A stretch of 64,000 bases of DNA from NCBI GenBank assembly GCA_034530575.1, contig JAVRCU010000042.1, positions 6,648 through 70,647 of the forward strand. Direction: 5' to 3'. Positions 21,548-30,691 of the stretch are shown here, piece after piece. The translations under genes and the position numbers were made by a program. This DNA is from Aulosira sp. ZfuCHP01 (GTDB lineage Bacteria > Cyanobacteriota > Cyanobacteriia > Cyanobacteriales > Nostocaceae). Every line of letters begins with the position of its first letter. The first letter of the stretch is position 1. The notes below the pieces were generated by a model, which saw nothing but the letters and a program-made list of their open reading frames with translations, did not search any database and had not been told where the DNA came from.

Positions 21548-23722
21548 TCAACTCTTAGCGACTGATTCTTGAGTATTAGCTTCAGAAAGGAAGGAGGATA
21601 AATGCGCAGCAACTTGACTATAGCGGCGGGTTATCAGCAATGAAGAACGACATTGAATCGCTAGTTGATCTGTATATCTTCCAAGAGTTTGGCGTTGGAT
21701 ACCCCAAGCGCGGCTGGTACCGGCAATCGTCAGATCGACTGTCTCTGAAGCTGCTACAACTGCTTGGATTGGTTCTGGGGACTCAATAGTCTTAATTTGA
21801 ATGCGATCGCGTACGCTATTGGGCATTTGCTCCATCATTGTGTGCAGCTCGTAACTCAATTCATTGTGAACTTGATTGCCCGACACTACTTGTAAAATCT
21901 GCAACGTACAAGTATCGCGATTGATGAGTAATCTCAAAGCCAGTATTAGCGCTAAATCATCATGGATATTTCCAGAGTAGGGAACTAACAAGCTTTCTAA
22001 TCGTTCTCCTCCTCGGTCAACAAAAACTGCTACATCTACGGGTGTAGTCGCCAAAATTTGACCAACTCTACCACCTAAACGATTATTACTAAAAGCTGGA
22101 CGGTGCCAACCTACTAAAACCAAATTAGGTTGCTCAATTTTGGCAATCTCGGCTGTTTCTCTCGCAACGTTGCTCGATAGGCGGATGATGGGTTGGACAT
22201 AAGAACGTGTTGTTGGCGGTTCTAGAGTCTCAATCAAATCTTCTAACTGTTGGCGGCGTTGCTCAATTAATCGGTCAGCCTCAACTGGTGTATTCTCAAA
22301 AGCATAGTCTTCTTCAAATTCAATCAGACTGAGGGGATGAACCACAGCAGGTTGGCGATAGTTGAGAGCGATCGCTACTGCTAACTGCACTAAGCCTTTT
22401 TGGGTGCTAGGATTAGCTACTGGTACTAAAATTCGGTACTCGCTACCAACAGTAGTTTCCTTCTCGGTTTCTGCCGATTCTGGTTCGATCACATCTAGCC
22501 GGATCAGCTTTTTCGGATATGTCCATTCCAGCAATGGAGAGGTCATAAATGTTGTTACCAATGCCATAATCACCAGCATGGTAAAAAGTACGGGGGAAAT
22601 CACACCTAAATCCAAACCAATATTTAATACGATTAACTCAGTCAAACCGCGAGTATTCATTAACCAACCAAGGGCTGATGCTTCTCGCTGATTAATCCCA
22701 CTGACACGCGCTGCCACATAAGTACCAATATACTTACCTGCGATCGCCACTCCTAAAACCAATACACACAGCAACCACAGTTCAGGATGGTTGAGCAAAC
22801 CAATTTGTGTGCGCAAACCACTAAAGGCAAAGAATACTGGTAGCAGAAATACCAATACAAAATCTTCGGTTTTTTCTGCCAGTTCCCTAACTAAATCGGC
22901 ATTTTTAGGCATGGCTGCACCTAGTAAAAAGGCTCCAAAAATTAGGTGAATGCCAATTAGTTCGGTAATCAAGGCAGAAGCCACAACAGCCATATAAATC
23001 AACGCTACTACCAATTGACTCAACCGCCCTGCGCGCTGGTAGTGGGTAGCAAGACGTTGCAAGAACCAACGCCCTGCTGTGAGCATAAAGCCGATATAGA
23101 GTAAGCTTTCGAGAATTGTGGGGAATGCACTAGCAATACTACCTTCTCTGGCGACGGCGATCGCAACTGCTAACACGCACCAAGCCGTCACATCATCCAC
23201 CGCCGCGCAAGTTAAAGCCAATGTTCCTAAGCGCGTTCCTTGCAAGTTGTTTTCGGTAATAATTCGTGCCAGTACAGGGAAGGCTGTAATTGACATCGCC
23301 GCCCCCAAAAATAGGGCAAAGGCGGTAAAAGAAACACTAGCATTAGAAACTAGAGGATAAAGCAACACTGCTAACAGTGTGCCTAAAGAAAATGGCACCA
23401 AAATGCTGACATGAGAAGTCAAAACAGCTGTTTCTAACTGGCCGCTGAGGTATTTTGGATTGAGTTCCAAACCAATGAGAAACATGAAAAATATCAGTCC
23501 CACTTGAGACAACACATTCAAAAATGGAATTGTCTCAGGTGGGAACAAAGCAGCTGCTGTTGATGGCGCAATCAGACCAAATAGAGAAGGGCCAAGCATA
23601 ATCCCGGCAACAATCTCACCGATTACCAGCGGTTGCTTAACTGACTTAAATGCCAGCCCTACTAGCCGTGACAGTCCGATAACAATCAGCACCTCAAAGA
23701 GAACGAGTATTACTGTGTGCAT
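21548..23722 (-). CDS. CPA2-family cation:proton antiporter (Na+/H+ exchanger, NhaS/KefB-like) with a C-terminal tandem USP-like extension
   Basis: The N-terminal roughly 400 aa have 12-13 transmembrane helices with IVAGIMLGPSLFG. The roughly 300-aa C-terminal soluble region has universal-stress-protein-like segments (YRILVPVANP..., LVGWHR...). Confidence 0.85.
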   Translation of the reverse strand: MHTVILVLFEVLIVIGLSRLVGLAFKSVKQPLVIGEIVAGIMLGPSLFGLIAPSTAAALFPPETIPFLNVLSQVGLIFFMFLIGLELNPKYLSGQLETAVLTSHVSILVPFSLGTLLAVLLYPLVSNASVSFTAFALFLGAAMSITAFPVLARIITENNLQGTRLGTLALTCAAVDDVTAWCVLAVAIAVAREGSIASAFPTILESLLYIGFMLTAGRWFLQRLATHYQRAGRLSQLVVALIYMAVVASALITELIGIHLIFGAFLLGAAMPKNADLVRELAEKTEDFVLVFLLPVFFAFSGLRTQIGLLNHPELWLLCVLVLGVAIAGKYIGTYVAARVSGINQREASALGWLMNTRGLTELIVLNIGLDLGVISPVLFTMLVIMALVTTFMTSPLLEWTYPKKLIRLDVIEPESAETEKETTVGSEYRILVPVANPSTQKGLVQLAVAIALNYRQPAVVHPLSLIEFEEDYAFENTPVEADRLIEQRRQQLEDLIETLEPPTTRSYVQPIIRLSSNVARETAEIAKIEQPNLVLVGWHRPAFSNNRLGGRVGQILATTPVDVAVFVDRGGERLESLLVPYSGNIHDDLALILALRLLINRDTCTLQILQVVSGNQVHNELSYELHTMMEQMPNSVRDRIQIKTIESPEPIQAVVAASETVDLTIAGTSRAWGIQRQTLGRYTDQLAIQCRSSLLITRRYSQVAAHLSSFLSEANTQESVAKS

Positions 23723-23989
23723 AGTTTCCTCGAAAGTGACTATCCGGTTTCCCTAAGATAATTCTTTAAATCAATAGAAATTGTCAACCTTTTTATACAC
23801 ACCACAGGTACAATCATGCCAGCTTATGATGTTAATTGTTGTTACGACACTGGTTTAGTAATTAGCAATGAAGTGTGGTTAATTTAACATCTAGAGTGAT
23901 AAATCAAGAGTTAAGAATCAATATTTACAGTAAATATTACCTAATAATATTTCTCTTCTCTCTGTGGCTCTGTGACTCTGTGGTTTTTT

Positions 23990-24140
23990 TACTACAAAGA
24001 CGAGGGCAGTTGCGTAGGCGGCTTTGCCGACTTGAGAAGCCAATGCGTTGGACGGGTTTCCGAGGCAGCCGCTTGCGGGGGTTCCCCCCGTTGTGCGGAC
24101 TGCCGTCGGCTTGAAGCGGCGTCAAACTGCCCGTACAAAG
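23990..24140 (-). ncRNA. Candidate structured RNA (possible riboswitch or leader) in the intergenic region between two tandem CPA2 antiporter genes
   Basis: The GC content is about 65%, against roughly 35% in the flanks. Nested complementary stems are visible: GGGCAGTT...AACTGCCC (outer), GGCAG-TCCGC...GCGG-CTGCC, and a CGGGGGG-AA-CCCCCCG hairpin. The strand is assigned only by the orientation of the flanking genes. Confidence 0.3.
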
Positions 24141-24253
24141 TATTTTTAAGACAGTCAATCACGAACAATTGCTCACAATGAGAGCATGAAAATCTTTAGC
24201 CTCCTGCCATCTGCCTGATTTCAAAATAGGCTCAAATTTTGGCTGAATTATTC

Positions 24254-25543
24254 TTAAGCTGGAGATTTTTCGTAACTTGTACCTTGTAATAAAAAGGCAA
24301 CTAATGGCGATGCCATCAATGTTGTGACAATTGCCATAATAACCATGATAGTAAATAAAGTTGGGGTGATTACGCCTTGCTCTAGACCAATATTGAGGAT
24401 AATTAACTCCATCAAACCGCGTGCATTCATGAGCGCACCAATAGTTGCTGATTCTCGCCAACTTTCTCCCGCAAATCTTGCTGCTAGCATACAAGCAATA
24501 CCTTTACCCAAAATCGCGATCGCTACAATTAACAGCGTAATTCCCCACAAAGTAGGCGTATTTACTAGCCCGATTTGAGTGTTAAGTCCCGAGAAGACAA
24601 AAAAGATTGGTAGTAAAAATGCCGTCGTTAAATATTCGGTGCGATCGCGTACTTGTTCGGCAAATTCCCCCCTTGGCATTGCTGTACCTAAAATAAAAGC
24701 ACCAAATACTGCATAGATACCTATGGCATCAGTAAACCACGCACCAAACATCAATATCATCAGCACTAAAGTTAAAGTCTGAATTGTCACACCACCATCT
24801 TTGTGTGCGATGCGAGTGAAGATAGTTAATGCAGGTTTGCCAACAAAAATTGTGAATAGCACGTAGCCAATACCACCACCAATGGCAAAGGCGGCAATAC
24901 TTGTATTCGCATTCAGACTAGCTAAGACAATAGCTAGCAAACACCATGCAGTTGCATCATCTATGGAACCAGCTGCTAGTGCCAAAGTCCCAAAGGTAGT
25001 TTTGGCAATACCGCGTTCGTAGAGCATCCGGGCTAACATGGGAAATGCCGTAATCGACATAGAAGCGCCGAGATATAAAGCCGCAGCCCAAGGTGTCACT
25101 CCCGGTTTGAACAAGTCGCCTTTACCATATAAGAAAAAAGCTGCAACTGCACCTAAACAAAAAGGCGCAATTATCCCTGCACCAGAAACCAAACCTGCAC
25201 TTTTGAGTCGCTGCTTAATCAGATCGGTATTGAATTCTAAGCCGATCAAAAACATATAAATTACCAACCCAATTTGACTGACAGCGAAGAGAATTGACAT
25301 GGAAGGATTGGGGATTTTTGCTCCCGTCGCTAATAAAATTGGTGCTTTGGGAAATAGCCATTGCTGTATGTCTGGGTTGATTAAACCTAGCAAAGATGGG
25401 CCTAACATCACACCAGCAATCATTTCACAAACAACATCGGTTTGTCCCAGATATCGTTTCCCAACAATAGTGACGAGACGACAAGTTACCAAAATTACGG
25501 TTAGTTGTAGCAACAGCCTAAGTACTAGCTCAAAATTTGACAT
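24254..25543 (-). CDS. CPA2-family cation:proton antiporter (Na+/H+ exchanger) without a C-terminal extension
   Basis: The 429-aa protein is fully membrane-embedded, with MIAGVMLGPSLLG, and is paralogous to the downstream antiporter. Confidence 0.85.
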   Translation of the reverse strand: MSNFELVLRLLLQLTVILVTCRLVTIVGKRYLGQTDVVCEMIAGVMLGPSLLGLINPDIQQWLFPKAPILLATGAKIPNPSMSILFAVSQIGLVIYMFLIGLEFNTDLIKQRLKSAGLVSGAGIIAPFCLGAVAAFFLYGKGDLFKPGVTPWAAALYLGASMSITAFPMLARMLYERGIAKTTFGTLALAAGSIDDATAWCLLAIVLASLNANTSIAAFAIGGGIGYVLFTIFVGKPALTIFTRIAHKDGGVTIQTLTLVLMILMFGAWFTDAIGIYAVFGAFILGTAMPRGEFAEQVRDRTEYLTTAFLLPIFFVFSGLNTQIGLVNTPTLWGITLLIVAIAILGKGIACMLAARFAGESWRESATIGALMNARGLMELIILNIGLEQGVITPTLFTIMVIMAIVTTLMASPLVAFLLQGTSYEKSPA

Positions 25544-25724
25544 TTTATTTTCCTGATACGAAATCGAGAGATTGGGGACGGTAGTATAGCAATCTTAAGC
25601 CAAGAGCCAGCCATTGTAGAAGTCAGGTATCTGGGCTGTAGATACTGAAGAATTGAGATTTTTTACAGATTGCGATCGCAAGTTAAATCTCTGATAAAAA
25701 ACTGATATCTTTAAACAAAAAAAT

Positions 25725-26240
25725 ATGAGCGCTAACGAAATCGTTCTTCGACCTGCACAAGAAACAGATGCATGGGATATTAGTGCAATTCATATTGCTG
25801 CCATAAAAGCACTACCAGCAACTTTCTATTCTCACAAAGAACTGTTAGCTTGGCGAAATTACCGTGACAAGCCTGATGGCTCAAATATCATGAAGAGTAT
25901 GAAAGCAGACCATTTCTGGGTTGCTGTTGAAAATGATATAGTTGCGGGATTTGCTAGTTATATTGTCGATGAACTAATAGCTTTATATGTGCATCCCAAA
26001 TACCAAAGAAAAGGAATCGGGCGAGTTTTAGTGAAACATTTTTGCAATCAAGCCAGCGAGCAAGGTATAGATAAAGTAATTACAACTGCGAGCCTTTATG
26101 CTGAAGGCTTTTATTCACACCTGGGTTTTACTTTTATCAAAAGAGCGCCGCATCAATTAAGAAAAGGGATAATTGTTCCAGTTACTAAAATGAGTAAAAT
26201 ATTAGTTAATAGTGATAGTGAATTAAAGAAGGCAGAATAG
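25725..26240 (+). CDS. GNAT-family N-acetyltransferase
   Basis: The segment YVHPKYQRKGIGRVLV is the acetyl-CoA-binding motif A (Q/RxxGxG/A). Confidence 0.8.
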   Translation: MSANEIVLRPAQETDAWDISAIHIAAIKALPATFYSHKELLAWRNYRDKPDGSNIMKSMKADHFWVAVENDIVAGFASYIVDELIALYVHPKYQRKGIGRVLVKHFCNQASEQGIDKVITTASLYAEGFYSHLGFTFIKRAPHQLRKGIIVPVTKMSKILVNSDSELKKAE

Positions 26241-26753
26241 GTAATAGTCAAGAGTCCAACGTCAAGATTCTACTGGTTGGTTGTGGTGGAATGAAAAATA
26301 TGGCAGTAAGTTTGGCAACAGGAATGGTTCCCAGGAAGTTTTAATGTAGTTGTTATTTATACTGGATTTTTACTGATTTTTGTGTGTAGAGAAATAAATC
26401 GCAGGCGCGAGTTTTCTTGTCTAAGGGAAGCATATAAATATATAATTATTTTCCTTTGGGTGTACTACTGGTAAATTAATAGTGATGCAAATTGCTTTCT
26501 TACAGACCAAGCTGCAAAAAGTAGCAAATTGGAAATTACAAGCTGACAACTTAGTTTATGATTCACTTTTAACTAAAGTGGTAGAACGCCTGGAGGTATT
26601 AGATAGCCTCAGCATAGCTTATGCAGCGCTTCGCGTTAACTGTCTCTCTATGTGAAAGAAGCTATCTTGTAAAAAGCGAATAGCACGCGGATACAGTAGG
26701 CTATATGGGTGCTATGAAAAGCTTAATGCTAACCTATTTCGTGGATTTAGAGC

Positions 26754-29700
26754 ATGATAAAAATTGGTTCGTTGGTACGTTCCCGAAATAACAGCTTGGG
26801 CGTAGGGAAGGTAATTAAGATATCTGATACTCAGGCAATAGTTGAGTATTTTTGCTCAGTTGGAAAACGTATAGAAAAAAGTTTACCTTTAAGTTCGCTA
26901 TATCGCTTCAAACTGGATTGTCAAACTCGATGCTATATTTGCCTGGAAAGTCAAGAAGCATGGCTGATTGGCAGAATTTACGAGTGGGATGAGGAACTTT
27001 ATCAGTATCTCGTTGATTTACCTGATAAAAAGACGATCGCAGTCAGCGAACAACAAATATACGTGCGTTGTAGTTTACCTCAACCAGACCCCATTGAGAC
27101 GCTGGCAATGAAGGGGCAAGAAACCCCCTACTTCCACGATAGGCGCTTTGCTTTTGTTAAATGCTTAATTGAACAACGGGCTGTCAGTCGGGGAATGACG
27201 GGATTAATTTCCGCTAATATTAAGCTTTATCCACATCAAGTTGAAGTTGTCCGTCGTGTACTCGAAGACCCGATTCAACGCTATCTACTGGCGGATGAAG
27301 TTGGACTAGGAAAAACCATCGAAGCTGGTACGATTGTTCGTCAATATTTATTGGATGAACCTTCTGGATATGTGGTAGTGCTAGTTCCGCAATATTTACT
27401 TCAACAATGGCAGCAGGAATTAGAAAATAAGTTTTACATCTCCCACTTTCCCAAACGGCTAGCAGTGCTTGCGGTTGAGAATCTTCATAAAATCAACCCA
27501 AAAGCGAAGATTGGCTTGCTAATTTTAGATGAAGCACACCACATTGCAGCAATGGCGACCTCTAGCGATGCAGCAATGCGCCAGCGTTTTGAGAGTTGCA
27601 AACATCTTGCCCATAAAAGCGATCGCCTGCTTCTACTTTCGGCTACCCCGGTTCTCAACCACGAGCAAGATTTTCTCGCAATGCTGCATCTGCTTGACCC
27701 AAAAACTTATCAACTTGATGACTTAGCAGGTTTTCGCGATCGGGTAGTCAAACGCCAAGATATTGGTCGAATTCTGCTGTCATTTCAAGAAGGCGCAAAC
27801 CTCTCCGTCCTGAAAACTAATCTCCAGCATCTCCGTAATCTGTTTGCTGAAGATGAGTATTTACTGAAATTGGCAGACAATCTAGAAAACAGTTTACAAG
27901 CAAAGGCTGACGATACCGTTGAAATTGTCAGGGCAATTCGTACCCATATTAGCGATACCTACAGACTTCACAGAAGGATGCTTCGCAATCGTCGTGCTTC
28001 TGTAGAAGATGTAATTTTTGACCGGAATATTACACCTAGAGCCGAGTACGATTTAGACGAGCGATCGCCTGACATTCACGAATTAATTGAGGCGTGGCGT
28101 AATGCGGCTCCTGATGAGAAACAATATCACCACATTTTTCTCTTGTTCTTCCGTGCTTCTGGTACTTGGTTGGGTATTTTTACACAAGTAATTCAAGCAC
28201 GTTTAAAGAGTGTCTCGCCTGCGGAATTAATTCGGGAATTTGGCGCTGATAGCCTTCGCATCCTCACTGAAACTCCTAAATTTGCTGGAGAAGCAGAGAT
28301 TTTGCAAAGCTTGCTGCGAATTATCGAACAGCCTTCAGAGGATGGCGATCGCCTGGAATTACTCAAGACAGTCATACTTTACCAACTCTGCGAACCTTTA
28401 AAATTACAATCCTTGAAATTCAACCTCCCGAAATTGCTTGCAGAGGTTCAACAACGGATTAAAAGACCGATCCCGGGAGACAGTTGGCCAAAAATTGTTG
28501 TATTTACCAGCTTTGTGCAAACTTGCGCCGAAATTGTCCGCTACTTGAGCGATCGTTTTGGTGAAGGGACTGTTGTCAGCCATCAAGTTGGACAAACTCC
28601 CTCTCAAGTAGAGAAGAACTTAAATCAATTTAAACAAGACCCCAAATGCTTTATTTTAGTTTGCGATTCTTCCGGCGAAGAAGGACGTAACTTACAATTT
28701 ATCAACAACATGATCTATTTTGACCTGCCTTGGTCGCCAAATCGTATAGAACACAGAATTGGTAGAATAGACCGGATTGGTCGTTCATTGAACGTTGAGT
28801 TAACAGTATTTGCTGGCGTAGACTTACCGGATAGTCTCCATGATGCCTGGTATCGCTTATTAAAAGAAGGGTTTAATATCTTTAAGCAATCCATTGCTAG
28901 TCTCCAGTTTTATGTTGAGGAAAAATTACCAGTATTAGCAGAAATCCTGTTTAAATCTGGTGCAAAGGGAATTTTGGAAAGTATCGAAATAATTCCCCAA
29001 GAAATTGAACAGGAACAAGTAAAAATTAGCGAACAAAACGCCTTAGATGAAATAGATGCCTTGGATGAAAGTGCTACCCAATATTTTCAAGTTTTAGATG
29101 ATTATGATGCCCGTCATCAAGAAATTCAAAAAATAACTGAAAATTGGATTTGTCAGGCATTGAACTTTAAAACCATCACTAATCCTAATTTCTCGACACT
29201 TAAGCGTTATAAACCTACCGAAAATACATTAATTCCAGCAGATGATTTGAGTAGTTATTTTGCAGATGTTTTAGAAGAATTTGGGACTTTTAACCGTGAG
29301 GTAGCCAATCAACAACCTGATGCAAAACTCTACCGTATTGGTGAAAAATTTGTAGAAGCATTATCATCTTATATCCATTGGGATGACCGGGGTAAAGCTT
29401 TTGCGATGTGGCGAGTTGAAGAAACTTGGAACGCAGGAGAAGGTGAAGAATGGTATGGTTTCCGATTTAATTACATTATTGAAACCAATTTAACAAATTA
29501 CCAAGGAAACAATCCCAAATCTAAAATTTTGCAAAGACTGGTCGATGGTTTATTCCCGCCAATTGTAGAAAGTGTATTTATTGATGCACGAAATGAACCA
29601 ATGTGTGCTGTTGAAGATGAAACACTTTTAAACATTCTGCACCGTCCTTATAAAGGCAAAGGGGGTAAATTCCGAGATTACAACTTAGCCAAAAGTCGTT

Positions 29701-30059
29701 TATCTATTCTTGATAACTTTATTGAGTCTAGCAATTGGTCAGAATTTTGCTATCAGGCGCATCGCACATCTTTGGAATTACTCAGTCAGCGTCCCGAATT
29801 TATTGGATTATGTGAAAACAGCGCCACCCGTGCTGAACAAAAATTAGGTAAGAGACTAGACCAATTACGCCTGCGTTTCAACCGACTTACTAACCAAGAG
29901 CGATTTTCCGCTCCGGTACTGGAGCAAGAACTTAATAACGAAACGGCATTAAATCAGGTAATTATTGATGGGATTCGTAATCCTACTATTCGCCTAGATT
30001 CTGTTGGTTTTATTATCGTTTCTGGGCAACATCCAGCTAAGTCTGAGGAGGATGATTGA
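26754..30059 (+). CDS. SNF2-family ATPase/helicase, RapA/HepA-like (N-terminal Tudor-like barrel, SNF2_N, Helicase_C), with a roughly 400-aa C-terminal extension
   Basis: Motif I is LLADEVGLGKTIEAG, motif II (DEAH) is LILDEAHH, and motif VI is HRIGRIDRIGR. The N-terminal SLGVGKV... barrel resembles the RapA N-terminal domain. Confidence 0.8.
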   Translation: MIKIGSLVRSRNNSLGVGKVIKISDTQAIVEYFCSVGKRIEKSLPLSSLYRFKLDCQTRCYICLESQEAWLIGRIYEWDEELYQYLVDLPDKKTIAVSEQQIYVRCSLPQPDPIETLAMKGQETPYFHDRRFAFVKCLIEQRAVSRGMTGLISANIKLYPHQVEVVRRVLEDPIQRYLLADEVGLGKTIEAGTIVRQYLLDEPSGYVVVLVPQYLLQQWQQELENKFYISHFPKRLAVLAVENLHKINPKAKIGLLILDEAHHIAAMATSSDAAMRQRFESCKHLAHKSDRLLLLSATPVLNHEQDFLAMLHLLDPKTYQLDDLAGFRDRVVKRQDIGRILLSFQEGANLSVLKTNLQHLRNLFAEDEYLLKLADNLENSLQAKADDTVEIVRAIRTHISDTYRLHRRMLRNRRASVEDVIFDRNITPRAEYDLDERSPDIHELIEAWRNAAPDEKQYHHIFLLFFRASGTWLGIFTQVIQARLKSVSPAELIREFGADSLRILTETPKFAGEAEILQSLLRIIEQPSEDGDRLELLKTVILYQLCEPLKLQSLKFNLPKLLAEVQQRIKRPIPGDSWPKIVVFTSFVQTCAEIVRYLSDRFGEGTVVSHQVGQTPSQVEKNLNQFKQDPKCFILVCDSSGEEGRNLQFINNMIYFDLPWSPNRIEHRIGRIDRIGRSLNVELTVFAGVDLPDSLHDAWYRLLKEGFNIFKQSIASLQFYVEEKLPVLAEILFKSGAKGILESIEIIPQEIEQEQVKISEQNALDEIDALDESATQYFQVLDDYDARHQEIQKITENWICQALNFKTITNPNFSTLKRYKPTENTLIPADDLSSYFADVLEEFGTFNREVANQQPDAKLYRIGEKFVEALSSYIHWDDRGKAFAMWRVEETWNAGEGEEWYGFRFNYIIETNLTNYQGNNPKSKILQRLVDGLFPPIVESVFIDARNEPMCAVEDETLLNILHRPYKGKGGKFRDYNLAKSRLSILDNFIESSNWSEFCYQAHRTSLELLSQRPEFIGLCENSATRAEQKLGKRLDQLRLRFNRLTNQERFSAPVLEQELNNETALNQVIIDGIRNPTIRLDSVGFIIVSGQHPAKSEEDD

Positions 30060-30163
30060 TGAATATCCCATTCTCATAACTGCGGAAAATTCTCAAAACG
30101 CTGAGGATATTTAGCCATGTTTTAAACGCTTGTCATCAACACTTATTAGTGGCACAGGTATGG

Positions 30164-30362
30164 CCATTGGTGTCAACTTAAGCCTAGATGTATACAGCGT
30201 AAGTCTTTGAGGTTATCTCTCTTAGCACCATAAACTTTCTATCCCCCCTAACCCCCCCTTAAAAAAGGGGGGAAAAGAATCAAAGTCCCCCTTTTTAAGG
30301 GGGATTTAGGGGGATCAAATATCTTTAGTAACAAAGCCTTTCACGTTAAGTTGACACCAATT
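30164..30362. mobile_element. MITE-like non-autonomous element (199 bp) with terminal inverted repeats and an 8-bp target-site duplication
   Basis: The TIRs are CCATTGGTGTCAACTTAAGC and GCTTAAGTTGACACCAATT. Direct repeats AGGTATGG flank the element at 30156-30163 and 30363-30370. Internally there are two CCCCCTTAAAAAAGGGGG palindromes. A second copy at 53221-53408 is about 85% identical. Confidence 0.6.
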
Positions 30363-30691
30363 AGGTATGGCAGGCTATCAAACAATTTACTTACGGATAA
30401 AAACCGATAATTTTGCGTTACTCTGTAGCACAATCATCTACTAGATTGATGCAGGGATTGTTATGCTGTTTCTTCCTCGATCTTCCCCGATTGCGCGATC
30501 GCAATCACAAATATTTACATAAATCTACTTTAATTAAATTCAAAATATCGAGACATTATTATACAAATAAGTTAGGATTGAGCAAAAATTTCCCATTAGA
30601 GTAAGGTTGCAGGAGCGCAGAGTCAAAATAATTATTTGAAGTTATATTTCTATATACAAAAATTTTAACCTTTAAAAACATTAATTAATTT

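Noticed and set aside
23875-24181. ORFs 23875..24114 (+), 23937..24158 (-) and 23972..24181 (+)
   Set aside because: They overlap the GC-rich structured intergenic element and are Arg/Cys/Gly-rich from its GC content. RNA structure is the better explanation.
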